A stretch of DNA of 61,877 bases, filler included, from Choristocarpus tenellus KU-1152 (taxonomy: Eukaryota; Protista; Phaeophyceae): assembly GCA_964200185.2 (NCBI GenBank). It is 8 parts of 8 records of this genome, joined end to end, with 100 filler letters (N's around TTAATTAATTAA, not from the genome) between each part and the next. Parts side by side here need not be neighbours in the genome. Positions count along the whole stretch, not along the records: positions 34,346 to 40,540 come from CAXNAD020008709.1; positions 40,641 to 46,005 come from CAXNAD020011025.1; positions 46,106 to 49,496 come from CAXNAD020020355.1; positions 49,597 to 52,780 come from CAXNAD020021707.1; 4 more parts are not named here. One strand, written 5' to 3'. Shown piece after piece: positions 40,100 to 52,880 of the stretch (the first letter of the stretch is position 1; each line of letters starts with the position of its first letter). Position numbers and translations under genes: made by a program. A model generated the notes under the pieces. The model saw only the letters and a list, made by a program, of their open reading frames with translations, did not search any database and was not told where the DNA came from.

Positions 40100-40276
40100 T
40101 CATGTTGTTGTGTTGCAAAAACTCTCAAATCTTTGATGTTGAGATCCAGTGACTGCGCTGGCTGCGCCATGAGCTTAATGTTCGATCCCTCTTCCATCCC
40201 TACCGCATTCAGCTTCTGCACCATGCCCTTTCCCGTATGTGTGGTCGCACCATCCTGCTGTATGGAGGCCTTCCCC
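40100..40276 (-). pseudogene. Tc1/mariner (DD39D-like) transposase catalytic fragment
   Basis: IQQDGATTH...IKLMAQPAQSLDLNIKDL matches the QQDNA..H / QPPNSPDLN..DL motifs. There are 40 residues between the 2nd and 3rd Asp. Confidence 0.75.
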
Positions 40277-40283
40277 GATTTCA

Positions 40284-40540
40284 GAGTAAAAAAATCTTAA
40301 AGGGTAGAGCCGTGTCCCTTTGGGGGCCAAAATCCAATGTTGCGATTTTGATGTGACTATCTATGGCTATCTTGTTTGTTAGGAAATGTCAATATCCTTG
40401 TTCTGGACACACATTTTCACAACGAATATATTTTACCTACTCAGAAATGGTTTCGGGGTAGGTTAAAAGCTCAAAGTATCTGGGGGGGGGGGTCTACACC
40501 AGGGTGTCCCTTTGGGCTATGACCAGAAAACGTTCACTTA
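40284..40540 (-). mobile_element. Truncated MITE A followed by a MITE B end (40469-40540) at the contig edge
   Basis: Homology to both consensus sequences. Confidence 0.8.
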
Positions 40541-40695
40541 NNNNNNNNNNNNNNNNNNNNNNNNNNNNNNNNNNNNNNNNNNNNTTAATTAATTAANNNN
40601 NNNNNNNNNNNNNNNNNNNNNNNNNNNNNNNNNNNNNNNNCCCCCCCTCCTCACCCCTAACATCCAACATATCAAAAAAATAAAAAATGATGTGT

Positions 40696-40753
<58 letters not shown>

Positions 40754-41101
40754 ACAAGGCACAAGGCAGTGCGAAGTTATGTCTGGTGCAGGCATAAGCT
40801 GGAGAAAACTGGGGACAAAGACATCTCAAAGTAACATATTAATCAGGTGTATGTAGGAGTAGCAACATAAAAACATATAAGTAGCAGGTGTTAAAAAAAA
40901 AAATGACTTGATGTCAAGTTGGAGGCATCAATAATCAGGTGAAGGTACATTGAACTTCCTCACACTGCACATGCACACCTCTTCTGAATAAAGCACCTCT
41001 TCCTTCATAAATACAGAGGTGAAACTTAAACAAAACAAGTTGCCACCCCACACCCATATCAAAATGTCCTGAGAACCCTGTTTTCAGTGTCATGATCATA
41101 C

Positions 41102-41509
41102 CTAAGCAACGTAAGTCCCATCCTCTCAACAGTGGCCTCTGCCACTTCAAACAGCTGGTCCATGAGGAGGTCATCCATCGGGACTGGGGCAATCTCCCCT
41201 GCCTCTTCAAAAGCCACTGCTACGGCTGGGTCCTGAGCAGCAAGGAGTACAAGGAGTTTATCGCTTACTACTATACAGAAGTGTATCCAAGACAAGACTG
41301 GGAGTCTCTGCACTGTATAAGCAACCAAGAAGTCCATAATGTCGGGAAGATTGCAGGTCGAATGCAACCTATTGGCTCAACGTTACACACAGGGTATGCT
41401 AGTGGTCTGAATGTTGCTGTTCACACCGCATTGACAACCTTCCCATTACACTCTGCTGCACGTCGGTAGAGGACTCAGCACGCTACAACAAGCGATGAAC
41501 ATAACCAAT

Positions 41510-41540
<31 letters not shown>

Positions 41541-43537
41541 AAACATCGATAGCCCCCATTGTTTCATGTACTAAGAAGTAGATAAGAGGAATTGTACCAC
41601 AAGAGAGGAGCAACCTGATGTTTGTCACCATAGTAATACTCGATATACAGAAGTAGGAACAATGTAATGTGCAAATCTCTGTCTTGATCGATCCCCCCAG
41701 ATCCAATCCACCTTCGGATAAGCCACCAGGTACCGATTTCCATCCACCACAGCAAATCTTTCTGCAAAACACTCTAGAGAGTTGCCCGTTTCCGGCTCCA
41801 CCAATGTCAGAACCGTTTCTGCCATGGATTCAGGTACCTTTGAAGATGGGAAGATATTTGATGAAGAGTTGCGTTTAGGAACAAGGTTCTGGAATAAATA
41901 GATTCAGGGTTGGGGCAATAATACTTTGAAGTACTTGGTTGCATAAAAATATTCTGAACCATTTACTCTCATTTTTGTGCCCACTACGGAACGAGATACT
42001 TATAAAAAACACATACATATATTGGGTCACATTACTGAGGGGTAGGGGAATACTTCAACACATAATATAATGCATGCACTGTCGGTTTCACGCCTGCCTT
42101 GGGTTAGGTTTAGGGACTACAAAGTAGGTAAAATGTATAATGTCGTGCTACCACAAGATACATTATGCAATCGTCTGCGGTTAAGCTTCAATGACGAATC
42201 ATCGGTGGGTTTCATAGGAAGGGCAGCAGGCTCTACCAATTAGAGTCTTGGAGCCGGAGTGAATAAAGTTAAAGAAAACGAAATTTCAAGCATAGTGTAG
42301 TGCAGAGATACACATAAAGAGCAAGGGACAGGAGGAGAGACCTCAGCACAATACAGCAGTGATATAACCAAGATCAGTGCATCTGAGATACATTTCGGCC
42401 AAGGTGAGAAGAGCATCACCACAATACAGCCTTGAGGTGGCAGTCAGAACAAGCAAATGGTGACAGGGTGGTCAAAAAAGGATCAAACACTCCGTTGCAC
42501 ACACAATTCACACACTAACGTCTTCGAGGAGTTGCATCCGAAACAATGTTGAACTAGACCCTGATGATGATTGGTCACGGTAGTGGTCATCCCATCGGAA
42601 CACCGACGCATGCGCCCAAGAGGAAGATATAAGGGTTTGGCAAGTGCGATGGGTCCTTCCTGCTGTCCACGAACCTCCAGTAAAAGATCGTCTTGGACCA
42701 TGTGCAACGAAAGCCTGTGTGGAGAAGAGAAGCAGTGTTGTTGAGATGTCATTATCTATCCCTGTTAGGGGATGTATGAATCACTCGATTTCGGTGACTT
42801 CCGCAAACGACTTCTTTTCTTTGGCATACTATGAGCTCGGAATGTGCAATGTTTGCTAGCTAACACCGACGCTCCAATACACAGAATCGGGACTGTGCTG
42901 TTCTGGACATGTGCCATCAGGGAGATGCACGAGAAACATCAGAATAGGTCCACTATGGAACCTATCATTAAGCACCAGCACAAGATTGCTGATACTACTA
43001 GGAGAGAATCGGTGAAGACGGCGTTCCAACGAGAGACATGTGGAACATGAGCAGTTGACCTTGCCGACATTCTAATGCGCCGTCGATATTTTCTGCGCGT
43101 GACCAGAGCAAAAATGCACATCATATGATCGGTAATTCACTAGCGCTGATGCCCGAACACCTAGTTCTATTCCCGTCTGTAGTTCCATGACATTCATGTG
43201 AAGACACCTACGGCAGGAGCATTTCATTGACCTCAACACGATGTCATTTTCGCAACACGCCGTTATGGGATGGGCTCCGAATGCCTTTTTTTATTCATTC
43301 TACGCCATACTTACATCTCAGGGAATTAGAGCGGTGGATCGAGGAAGAAGGGGGGTTGACGAGGTTGGGATGTCTTGACCCCTAAGAGATACGGAAAAAG
43401 AAGGGACCTTGACGAGACACATTTCCAGCAAAAAGTATTACCTGGACGCCACCTACGGTGAAAAGCACTAGAACAACAAGCGCCAGATGGAGTGGAGTTT
43501 GTGTTTCTCCCATCGCTCTCCTCCAAGAGCTGTACAT
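41102..43537 (-). CDS. Plastid-targeted DUF3727/DUF1292-type protein (3' exons missing or in the gap)
   Basis: Exons 43537-43442, 42714-42520, 41837-41712, 41232-41102 join in frame. Signal peptide LHLALVVLVLFTVGGVQA|FVAHGP. Core LEC..E....DG.RYLVAYPKD.AV...E.LFEVAEATVERMGLTLLR resembles cyanobacterial/plastid DUF3727 proteins. Confidence 0.75.
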
Positions 43538-44639
43538 CTTCAGTACCTTTCACCTATGGGTGGTGATCCAACCAAGCACTTCCAAATGTCAAGTCTCCCA
43601 AGATTTTAGACTACCGAGCACGCGGCGCGCGCAACGTTGTTTGTCCTTCTGAATTTCAATATCCAATTCGTAAGTATATGCTACACTCCTAAGATATATA
43701 AAAGATATATGTAACACAACCAACCCTAACTTGAGAAAGGAAGGTAGATCAACACCAACAAAACAAGACGTTTCCTCAATGTACGCTTAGATTTATTTTT
43801 GTTAAAATGATATGATTTCGAGAATTCATTATGAGGTGTAACATGTACAAGGGTGCTGGTTGACGAATACTTCGAACCCTTGACTGACTGACCTGTCTGA
43901 CGTCCTCTACCCCTATATCAATATATCGGGATATTGATATCGGAATATTTTTTATACATCCCGTTTCATACTAATGATGCCATCACATAGCTGTGAAGAC
44001 CGTGAGCCATTATCCCCCCCTTGTGGCCTTGAGGCTTGCAGGTTGAAGGTTTGCAGTGGTTGGTTAGTCGCTGTCGCCTTGATGCTTCGTATTGGTGTGG
44101 ATGTAGGTATATATTTGAATCGGCGGCATCATATATGGTTATATGTAATGTACGTTGTGCCTCCTCCGTTCGGAATTAACTATAATATAGCTTTTGCAAC
44201 CTCCGTTCTCGGCCTGGAACGACCCATGTGATAAACCCTCCAGAAAACGCTTAGTTCTCATATAGATTAGGAGGCGTTCAAATTTTGAGATGGTACGCTG
44301 TCATGATTGTGGAGGATCACCAGTGCAAAGTCTACCAAGAGTCATTTGACACAATTCAAAAACTTCACTTCATGAAAGATGTCAAAGCAGGCGTTTATTG
44401 GGATGCCTAGGACAAAGGGTCACCGTCGTTCGAGTGACTTGATCATCCCGTCATCGCCAGTTGGTCCCAATTCTTCAACCCAGAAGTCTGCCAGAGGTCA
44501 GAACTCAAACATCCAGACGAAGAACACCTCGATGGCACAATCTGTGGAGGTGAGTGGGTATCACTCAAATGCCTCAGGGGATGGTGGTGGCCATAGCAGA
44601 GGACTTCGGAATTTCCCGAATCATCGTGTCCTGTCATCT

Positions 44640-44934
44640 GAAGGAATATAGCAGCCAGATCGCAAGGGGGTGAATGCATGGACCTTGTACAACGTCGCAA
44701 GGGGCAATGTGTGGTCGCCATACAAGTATCCTTGATGTTTGAAATGTCCTGTCGGTGCACTGCACATCTTTATACAAATGACAGACCAAATCTGGGGTCT
44801 CCCTTGCCTCGTTGCGAGATCTGTACAATTGCGAGAAGGTGAAGAAGGTCAAGCTGTGGATTAAGTCAGTCCTCTCAGACTAGCAGAAAGTCAAGAGGAT
44901 GGGTTTCATCACCAGCCACAAACATAGGAGGAGG
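44640..44934 (+). pseudogene. Degenerate mariner-like transposase N-terminal fragment
   Basis: ...KKVKLWIKSVLSD*QKVKRMGF resembles the KP.LT..QK..R..F motif. Several stops. Confidence 0.4.
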
Positions 44935-45620
44935 GTAAGTGGGGTATTAGTGAACTGTTTTGCATTTTAAAGACTCTTTAAATCTTCTTCAATTCACTCT
45001 TATATCTATAGATGAATTTCGAAGAGTGACTCGAGAACATTGATATTTCTATGGTTTGAAAAAGTTCGACAGAATCCAGAAATGTCCATCATCTAAACAT
45101 TTGTACAAAAATCGTCGAATTTTAGTCGAGTTTTTCATACATATTTGTCAGCATCCATAAAATGTAATGCTGGGTTCCTCTCAATTACTTTGGCCCAAAC
45201 CTCTAGTAGGAGAAAGACAAGTATTGACATACAGCACATTTATTTAAACACCTTCCAAGATGAGCAAAATCAGTTGAGGCGTAGGCAAGGTTGCATTTTA
45301 AGGATCCCGAGAAAGGGCAGAAATTCACCATTTCGCACAATAGCTGAAAAATTGCTTAGTTGTGGTTTGAGTTTGTGTGTGCAAAGGGGAGTATTATTTT
45401 TATTACATTATTGTGCACATAAAGCAATGAAGTAGAGTGCATTAATACAGGATGAGAAATATGACTTTAGATTGCAAAATGGTCCAAATCTGCCGACCTC
45501 TCAATTGGTTTCGCTTAAGTGTGGATCCCCTGCTTCTTCTTACGTATTTGGAGTATATATGAAATAGTATTGAAATTAGTATCTGGTTAATGTGGTGGCA
45601 GGATAAGGGCTGAGAGTTGA

Positions 45621-46005
45621 GAGTCAAAGTATCTTAGAGGGTAGAGCCGCGTCCATTTGGGGGTCAAAATCCAATGTTGCCATTTCGATGTAATTTTGGG
45701 TGTCATGTTTGCTAGGAATTGTCAATATCTATGTTCCGGTCACACCTTTTCAAAATGTATACATGAGTGAAAGTACCTTAGAGGGTACGAGTTTTGCCCT
45801 GTTTGTCCATTCGGGGCTTGGCTTCCCTTGGGGTTTTTTTAGGACATTTTCCTACTCCAAAATATTTCGGAGATGGTAAAATGTATACGTTATGAAAAGG
45901 TGTGTCCAGAACAAGGATATTGACACTTCCTAATAAACACGATAGCCAGAGTTACATCGAAATCGCAACTTGGATTTTGGTTCCAAACGGACGCGGCTCT
46001 ACCCT
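45621..46005. mobile_element. MITE A (reverse, 45621-45764) interrupted by a second MITE A (forward, 45765->gap)
   Basis: Both segments match the family A consensus in opposite orientations. Confidence 0.85.
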
Positions 46006-46269
46006 NNNNNNNNNNNNNNNNNNNNNNNNNNNNNNNNNNNNNNNNNNNNTTAATTAATTAANNNNNNNNNNNNNNNNNNNNNNNNNNNNNNNNNNNNNNN
46101 NNNNNCCCCCCCCAGATACTTTGAGTCAATAGCAATTTCCAAAAAGTGTGTTCCTAGCCCTATCTTACCTTCAAATGGGCTCGTTACACACCACGTCCTT
46201 CATATTTTACCCCAGAGAACTAAAAAAGAAAGAGGACAAGTCACTACAGTATAAACCTTGGGTTCTTTC

Positions 46270-46290
46270 GGGTTAGGGTTAGGGTTAGGG
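46270..46290 (+). repeat. Interstitial telomere-like GGG(TTAGGG)3
   Basis: gggttagggttagggttaggg. Confidence 0.6.
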
Positions 46291-46555
46291 TACACTGCTG
46301 TACCCTTATGAACACTACATAGTACCTACTATACGCCTTGGAAACATACCTCTGCTACGTGCTCAACAACCACTGCCCCAAAGTACACGAACCCTTTCAA
46401 GGAGCCGCGTTATGCACAACCTTAGAGTTCCAGAGTTAGGAGCCACGCTAGGTTCAGAGTAGGGTTATAGGGTAAAACCCTTGGAGCTCTACCACAGGGT
46501 CCAAACACAACCTCCCAGTTCCAGTCCAATACGCAGATCATAAAGCACAGTTCAC

Positions 46556-48181
46556 CTGGATGTTGATGTACTGAACGATGGTCAGCACAGTGTGATCTGC
46601 AAAGTCAAAACCCTCCCTGCAGCGACCATCTCGTCGCAGCGTTGCATACCAGCACTTGAAAGATTCCTCGCCTTGGATTAGGTCCTAATAAATATATATT
46701 TTTTAATAAAGTAATGACGGTAGGGGTATGGTCGAAGGGTCGTCGGCATAACGTAGCAATAGGACCATCACGGCATCAAAATTTCAAACGAACAAAAAAA
46801 GTTGAAAGAGACTTCAATTCATCGTTCGTGCAAAGGAGGGTGAACGCGAGGGCGCCACCAGGGCGTGTCAGCTTAGATGACAACAAATCAACGAGCCTCT
46901 GCAGGAATTGATAACAGCCGTTTACTATGATCAGGCGAAGGTTGAGTTCCATATCATTGTTGGGAATGGGTACTGCATGGAGGGAATCACGGCGAACAAC
47001 TGTACGTACACCAAAGGAACGGCTATACACCGATGCCTAGTGGTAACATACCAAAAATTGAACCAACTGGAGGCATGCATCGCCTTGCTACATTTTTCTA
47101 AACCCTTTCTATAGCAGTAAGACGGCTTTGTAAAGTCTAGCACAAGCTGCGCTCACACCGAGTATTTTTTCCCCATGGCAGGACTTGACCATGAGTTCAA
47201 GAGTTGGAACCACTGGAGGATTGCTGTAGACACAACCATAAGGAGATTTACAGTGTATCAACAGTCAGACCAATCACAAGCGATACGGTATCCCTTCCCC
47301 AAAAAGGATTAAAAAAAAAACATCTCGAGTTTCACATCTCGCATCTCAGAACAAATGATGGGAAAAAGGCAAAAAATAAAAAACAGCAGGAGATATTTGG
47401 TCCTGTTCTCTCCGATTGTCCCCCGAAATATCGGACAGAGGAGGTTATACATGTACACATCTGCGCATGTATGTTTTGAACTATGTTTTTGAAACTATGT
47501 TTATGGAACTATGTATGGAACTATGTTCTTGAACTATGTTTTGAACCAGGAACTCTTGACTCTTTGACTGCTAGTCAATTAACAGCAATTCAAAGGAAAC
47601 ACAGACCGGTCATCCTGGTAAATGTTGATTATAACCAGTCTCAGGTAAGTCAACCAGCAATCAACTAGCCATTTGGGCTAGGTACCACACCTCCACTGAC
47701 CGTACAGAGTGGCAATAAGCAGGCCACACGACTATCATGCAAATATTCTCACACAAAAGCAGAATAGCAAGAGAGAGTATGACCTGTTAGCGCTGTAGCT
47801 TGGCATCCGACCACATCGCTAATGACACGCCTCATCCATGTGGGGCAGAGATGTACAGTGTGTGGCAACCAAGAGGCACCTGATTGGCTGGCCAAGCCAT
47901 GATAAAAAAAATACTACGTAGCTAGTGCCGCTTTGTTATTTTCTTATATTTATGGTCATTGCAGAGCATGCGCAGTAGGAGAGGTAGACACGTGAAAGCA
48001 TGGCAAAACACCATAGAGCAACTCGCCGCCAGGAATATTCTTTGAGGTTAAAGTTGCATCCTTTTTGCAGTGAGAGGGCCTGTGCACCAATACCTGAACA
48101 CTGTTGAGCCCCATGTAAAGCACAAGCGTACGAATCACAATCACAAGTAAGTAGAGCAGGAATCTCATCAGATGCCGACCC
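46556..48181 (-). CDS. Membrane protein exons with FIT/Scs3-like GFD..DH motif (partial gene)
   Basis: Exons 48181-48094 (RHLMRFLLYLLVIVIRTLVLYMGLNSVQ) and 46684-46556 (DLIQGEESFKCWY...CREGFDFADHTVLTIVQY) join in phase 0. Further candidate exons lie upstream to ~52.1 kb. Confidence 0.5.
47470..47546. repeat. Degenerate 11-14 bp tandem repeat (aactatgtttg)n
   Basis: About 6 units visible. Confidence 0.8.
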
Positions 48182-49927
48182 CTGGGAAAGTAATAGATGC
48201 GCGTGGTAGAGGTAGCAAGGGGCAGGGGGAGGAGATAAGGTTTGTGTAGAACTACCTCAGAAAGGTATCTATGAAAGAGCTGAGTAAATCTCAACCCTTC
48301 AGCAGAATGTTCGGAACGATCATAATTTGTAGATGAACAAGGCATGTAGAAAATGTATCTTACTTGAGAACAATCCGTTTTTTCTAAAAGGGCGCATCCA
48401 AACAATTATCTCAACAAAAACTTCTAAAATTTGTCATCTCTCAACTAAGCATATGATGTTCAGCAAAGGGACATAGAGGAAAGAAGTGCTTATGCCAATG
48501 GAATACATCTACTCAACAGGATGTACAAACCCCACAATGTATTTTCCCATAAATCTTGACATTGCTTTTGACGTGTGCTCCAACTCTATCCTGACCTTGA
48601 AGGCAACATACTCCATCTTTCCATCCATCCATCCATCCAATAAGGACATCACATTGTCCCTCCAGTAAAAAAACCCAATCAATACAACTTTTTCCAGTGC
48701 CCCCCTGACTCCCATCAAGATCTATGTACAGAGGACATAATTCAAAAAAAGTTGTTAAAAAAATAAAGCAAACACTACAACCAATAGAAATAACCCACAT
48801 TCAACAGTGGGCAATAAATTTGCACTTCCCTTGTGGCCTTCCCTTACGCCCCCAATCTCGACCCCAGCATCTCAATACCAATCTCACCTTGCCCGAGCTG
48901 TTGCCCGAGCAGAGTCAACTCCTGTCACAAGGTGACCAATATGTGTCACAGCCAATGACAAGAGGGGTAACACGAAAGCCCAGCTCGAGGTCAACAGTTT
49001 TGTACTCCATGAATACCCTGCCTGGCACAACGCTGTGCACACAGTGCAACAGGAGGGAAGGAGTAAGAGCCCATTAAGGAAATCCTCCGGCTGCTGGGCT
49101 TTAATTATCTTCAAGTATCTGCCACCATCCCCAACCATCACCAGCACTAGGTCGAAACTCCATCAAGATGGATTGCTTTTTTAGCAGTAGCACCATCAAA
49201 AATCCATTCAAGTCACCACCATAAAATTAGTGAGGATGACCGCAAACCCTTCTTTACTCCTGCTTCAGCAACAAACAAAATCACGAGAGGGGTGACCTCA
49301 GAGTCTAGTTCCAAGGCATCGAGTGTGTGAGTTGGCGGTGGTGAACGAGGTAAATAAACTATTTTTGCATCTTCCCATTTCTGTAGATTATAGTTAAGGA
49401 GCTACTTGTTTCCAAAAACAAGCTGTGGAAGGGTAGCTGGGTAGGACTTGGCAACCGAGGGGGAGGGTGCTATAGGGCAGGGGGTATGTTGGACACNNNN
49501 NNNNNNNNNNNNNNNNNNNNNNNNNNNNNNNNNNNNNNNNTTAATTAATTAANNNNNNNNNNNNNNNNNNNNNNNNNNNNNNNNNNNNNNNNNNNNCCAC
49601 CTAAATTTAATCAATCACTCTACAGAAACCAAGCAATCTCGCCGGGTTTATCACCTTTATCCTCTTAGATACTTTGGCTCACTTTAACAGCTACCCCTAC
49701 GAATCCTCTCGAATATACCCTTCACCCATACCACCCCATTCACTACACTACACCAACTAGCATTCACTCATGGAAAGCAGCCAGAACAACCATATCTAAC
49801 AACAGGTGATGCATACGGGTACATATATTCAGGAGTACAACACATTATTTCTGAGTCATGTTCGAGGGTAGTGCTGTTGGTACGCTATAGATACCACTGA
49901 TGGAGTAGGTAATGTGATACAGACACA

Positions 49928-50110
49928 GGCTCAAAGTACCTCGGGGGGGGGGGGTGCTGGCTGTCCATTTGGAGCTAAAATTTTAATGTCGCGATTTTTC
50001 GGTGATTTCATTCCATACGTTTAATGGATAATGAAAGTGCACTTTTCCTGGTGTTGGTCCAAATCGACACTTTGTTGAAGACCCCCCCGTCCCCACAGAT
50101 ACTTTGGGTC
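49928..50110 (+). mobile_element. MITE family B
   Basis: Both TIRs present. Flanks caca/ccca. Confidence 0.85.
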
Positions 50111-51239
50111 CCCAGTGATGGATTGGTGTCCAGTCATTAGTGCTATGTTGTAGATTGAGTCAAACCAATTGAGAGGTAGGCATGTTTAAACCCTTTTGAA
50201 TTCTAAGGAGTCACCCTTACCCTGTGCAATACACTCTATTCCATTGCTTTATGCCCACAATGGTGTAAGCCAAATTGTTGATTCTCCTTTTCCACGCACA
50301 GAGCGACACCACAAATAGGCAAAGGCTCTTTCTACAGTTGTACAAAATCATTTCATTTGACCATTCTCGGGATCCTTCAAATGCAACCACGCCCACCTCT
50401 CGATTTGTTTGGCTCGGATATGTTTGTGATGCTGAAGACAAATTACGTGAGTGATTCATAGTAAGCTGGTGTGTGCACAATTGCAAACCCCACATTGAAG
50501 GAAAGTAATGGGTCCCACCAGATTTGAGCCCCTTGAGTTGAGTCAATGGCATTGAGAGCATAAGCCCCTCGTAACACTAATATTTTATGTTCACATTCTA
50601 CCACAAATTGTCCTCTACCAAGGTACACCGTTGATCATCATAACCGCGATTCCAGTGTGGAGTACTTCAACAAGTCACACCTAGGCAAGTGAGCAGGTAG
50701 CCCGGAAGACCGGGGAAGAGCCACCACATATAAAAACAGGAAGAGTATCACCTTGCACGTAACCACCCCTGCACCTAGGTCCTACGCCATCACTACTCGG
50801 GATGATCACTTACAGTACTTTGCGCAATTTCAACGACCATACTGGGCGAGCTGCACATCCGATGGAGGAATCTTGCACAGATCCCAGCACAACATTCCTT
50901 CACATTTGGCCGTATTCGTCCTGGCTGGTAGTAGGGCAGAGGAATAAGTACATGCAGCAAGGGTGGAGAAGTACGTGCTTGCTCTATCCTGAAGAACTGT
51001 GTGAAGGAGTCCTCCCATGTTGCCGCCAGGGCTTGAGGAGACGAGGAGCAATCAGAAGTCCTCCCGATCAGCCGTACCCATAGTTTGGATTTGATGCATC
51101 ATATGCACCCTTCGCCACCTCAAGACACGGTTTGACCACAGTGTCCCAAATCAGCTATTCAACCGCAATTGAATCACGTAGTGAACTGAATTGTGATAGC
51201 CAATGAGTTAATCAACCAATCAGGAAGGGAGATACAAAC

Positions 51240-51497
51240 GAGTCAAACTATCTTCGAGGGTAGGGCTGAGTCCATCAGGGGTCCAAAATCCAATGTTGGG
51301 ATTTTGATGAAAAGTTGGCTATCGTGTTTGTTAGGAAGTGTCAATATCCTTGTTCCGGATACACCTTTTCATAACGTGTACATTTTGCTTACTCCCAAAC
51401 ACTTTGGACTAGAAAAATCTCACAAAAAAAACATGGGAAGCCAAGCCCCAAATGGAGAAACCGGGCAAAACTCTTACCCTCTAAGGTACTTTCGCTC
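51240..51497 (-). mobile_element. MITE family A (reverse orientation)
   Basis: Full-length reverse-complement match. Confidence 0.88.
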
Positions 51498-51531
51498 AAC
51501 ATCTTATCCAACCGATATCCCGAATATATCA

Positions 51532-51791
51532 GAGTGAAAGTATCTTAGAGGGTACGAGTTTTCCCCTGTTTGTCCGTTTGAGGCTTGACTTCCCACGGGT
51601 AGTTTATGACATCTTATCTACTCCGAAACATTTCAGAGAAGGTAAAATATATACGGTATGAAAAGGTATGTCCGGAACAAGGATAATTGACACTTCCTAA
51701 CAAACACGATGGCCAAAATCACATAAAAATCCCAACATAGGATTTTGACCCCAAAATGGAGGTGGCTCTACCCTCTAAGATATTTTGACTC
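51532..51791 (+). mobile_element. MITE family A (forward orientation)
   Basis: Full-length match, 34 bp from the inverted copy. Confidence 0.88.
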
Positions 51792-52519
51792 TCCGGTATA
51801 CCTTTGCGGTATAGTAGTTTCAATTTTTGATAACACTGGTCGCATCTGGGTACTCTGCCGGCACAATATGGTGTTGTGGTAGTTTAAAAGGCTTTAGAGT
51901 ATAATCACAATGACCGTAGCCCACGGAGGGTCCACCCGAGGGCCAATCTCTGGTTTTTCCACTCTGTGTGCAATCAGGGACACCTTGCGGGAGGTTGCTG
52001 TCCGTTCCCTCTTCAGTCCTTGCGGAATCACGTTTCGTCCGCAGTCAGGATGTGTGCAGTCAGCAAGCCATGGGCATGAGGGTGGACGCCAACCTGTGCA
52101 GGAGATATTTTCAAGCAGATTTGTTACAGCGTGCCCCTCGGAACTCACCTCCACGGGATATGCAACTCAAATCCAACGACCTTAAAACAACGCTATGAGG
52201 GGGTCCACAGATGATAACCACATACGGTGTCGGTTGATGTTTAGCTCAGTCAATGTCTCGCTTGTCTCTCTAATCAGAGACTTAAATATCAAAAGAGCCC
52301 AGGGCGTGGTGATCCGCATCAGCCTTTTATTAACATGATTCACCATTTTTCTACAGCCAAAGAGTTAAATGAAGTCTGCAACTGCTAAGTAGATACTTCA
52401 ATCATAAATCTTTGTTCTGTAAATTTCAGGAATTGACATCTATTCCGTAAGATTATGTTTGCATTTCAAATCTTACTCTGCATCTTCTATCAATTCAAAG
52501 TTCCTCCTACAAGAATTCT

Positions 52520-52780
52520 TACGTATGTATACTGTTCGTGCACTTTGGCACGCAGAAAGAAATGCTCGCGCTATTCGCCTGTAACAGGTTATACCTTTGT
52601 GTATCTCCTCGAGCTTAGATCTTTCCTTGTTCAAATCTCCGCACTAAACTGCCTACTCGTACCCTACTCATCGACCACCATGTAGCCTAACTTCCAGCTT
52701 CCTTCACCTGGGTCCGGATAGAAGAGAAGGGAGATTACCATGCCTCTGCCTCCGCAGAGATGGCAGGCATGTGAGATCCT
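52520..52780 (+). mobile_element. LTR 3' end (..cctgtaaca, 52586) + PBS-like GGTTATAC + start of internal region (LTR start not resolved)
   Basis: Matches 17238-17304. The downstream motif resembles 12772-12795. Confidence 0.6.
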
Positions 52781-52880
52781 NNNNNNNNNNNNNNNNNNNN
52801 NNNNNNNNNNNNNNNNNNNNNNNNTTAATTAATTAANNNNNNNNNNNNNNNNNNNNNNNNNNNNNNNNNNNNNNNNNNNN

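Noticed and set aside
40589-40829. Poly-proline ORFs
   Set aside because: Derived from a poly-G tract beside a gap, likely a sequencing or assembly artefact.
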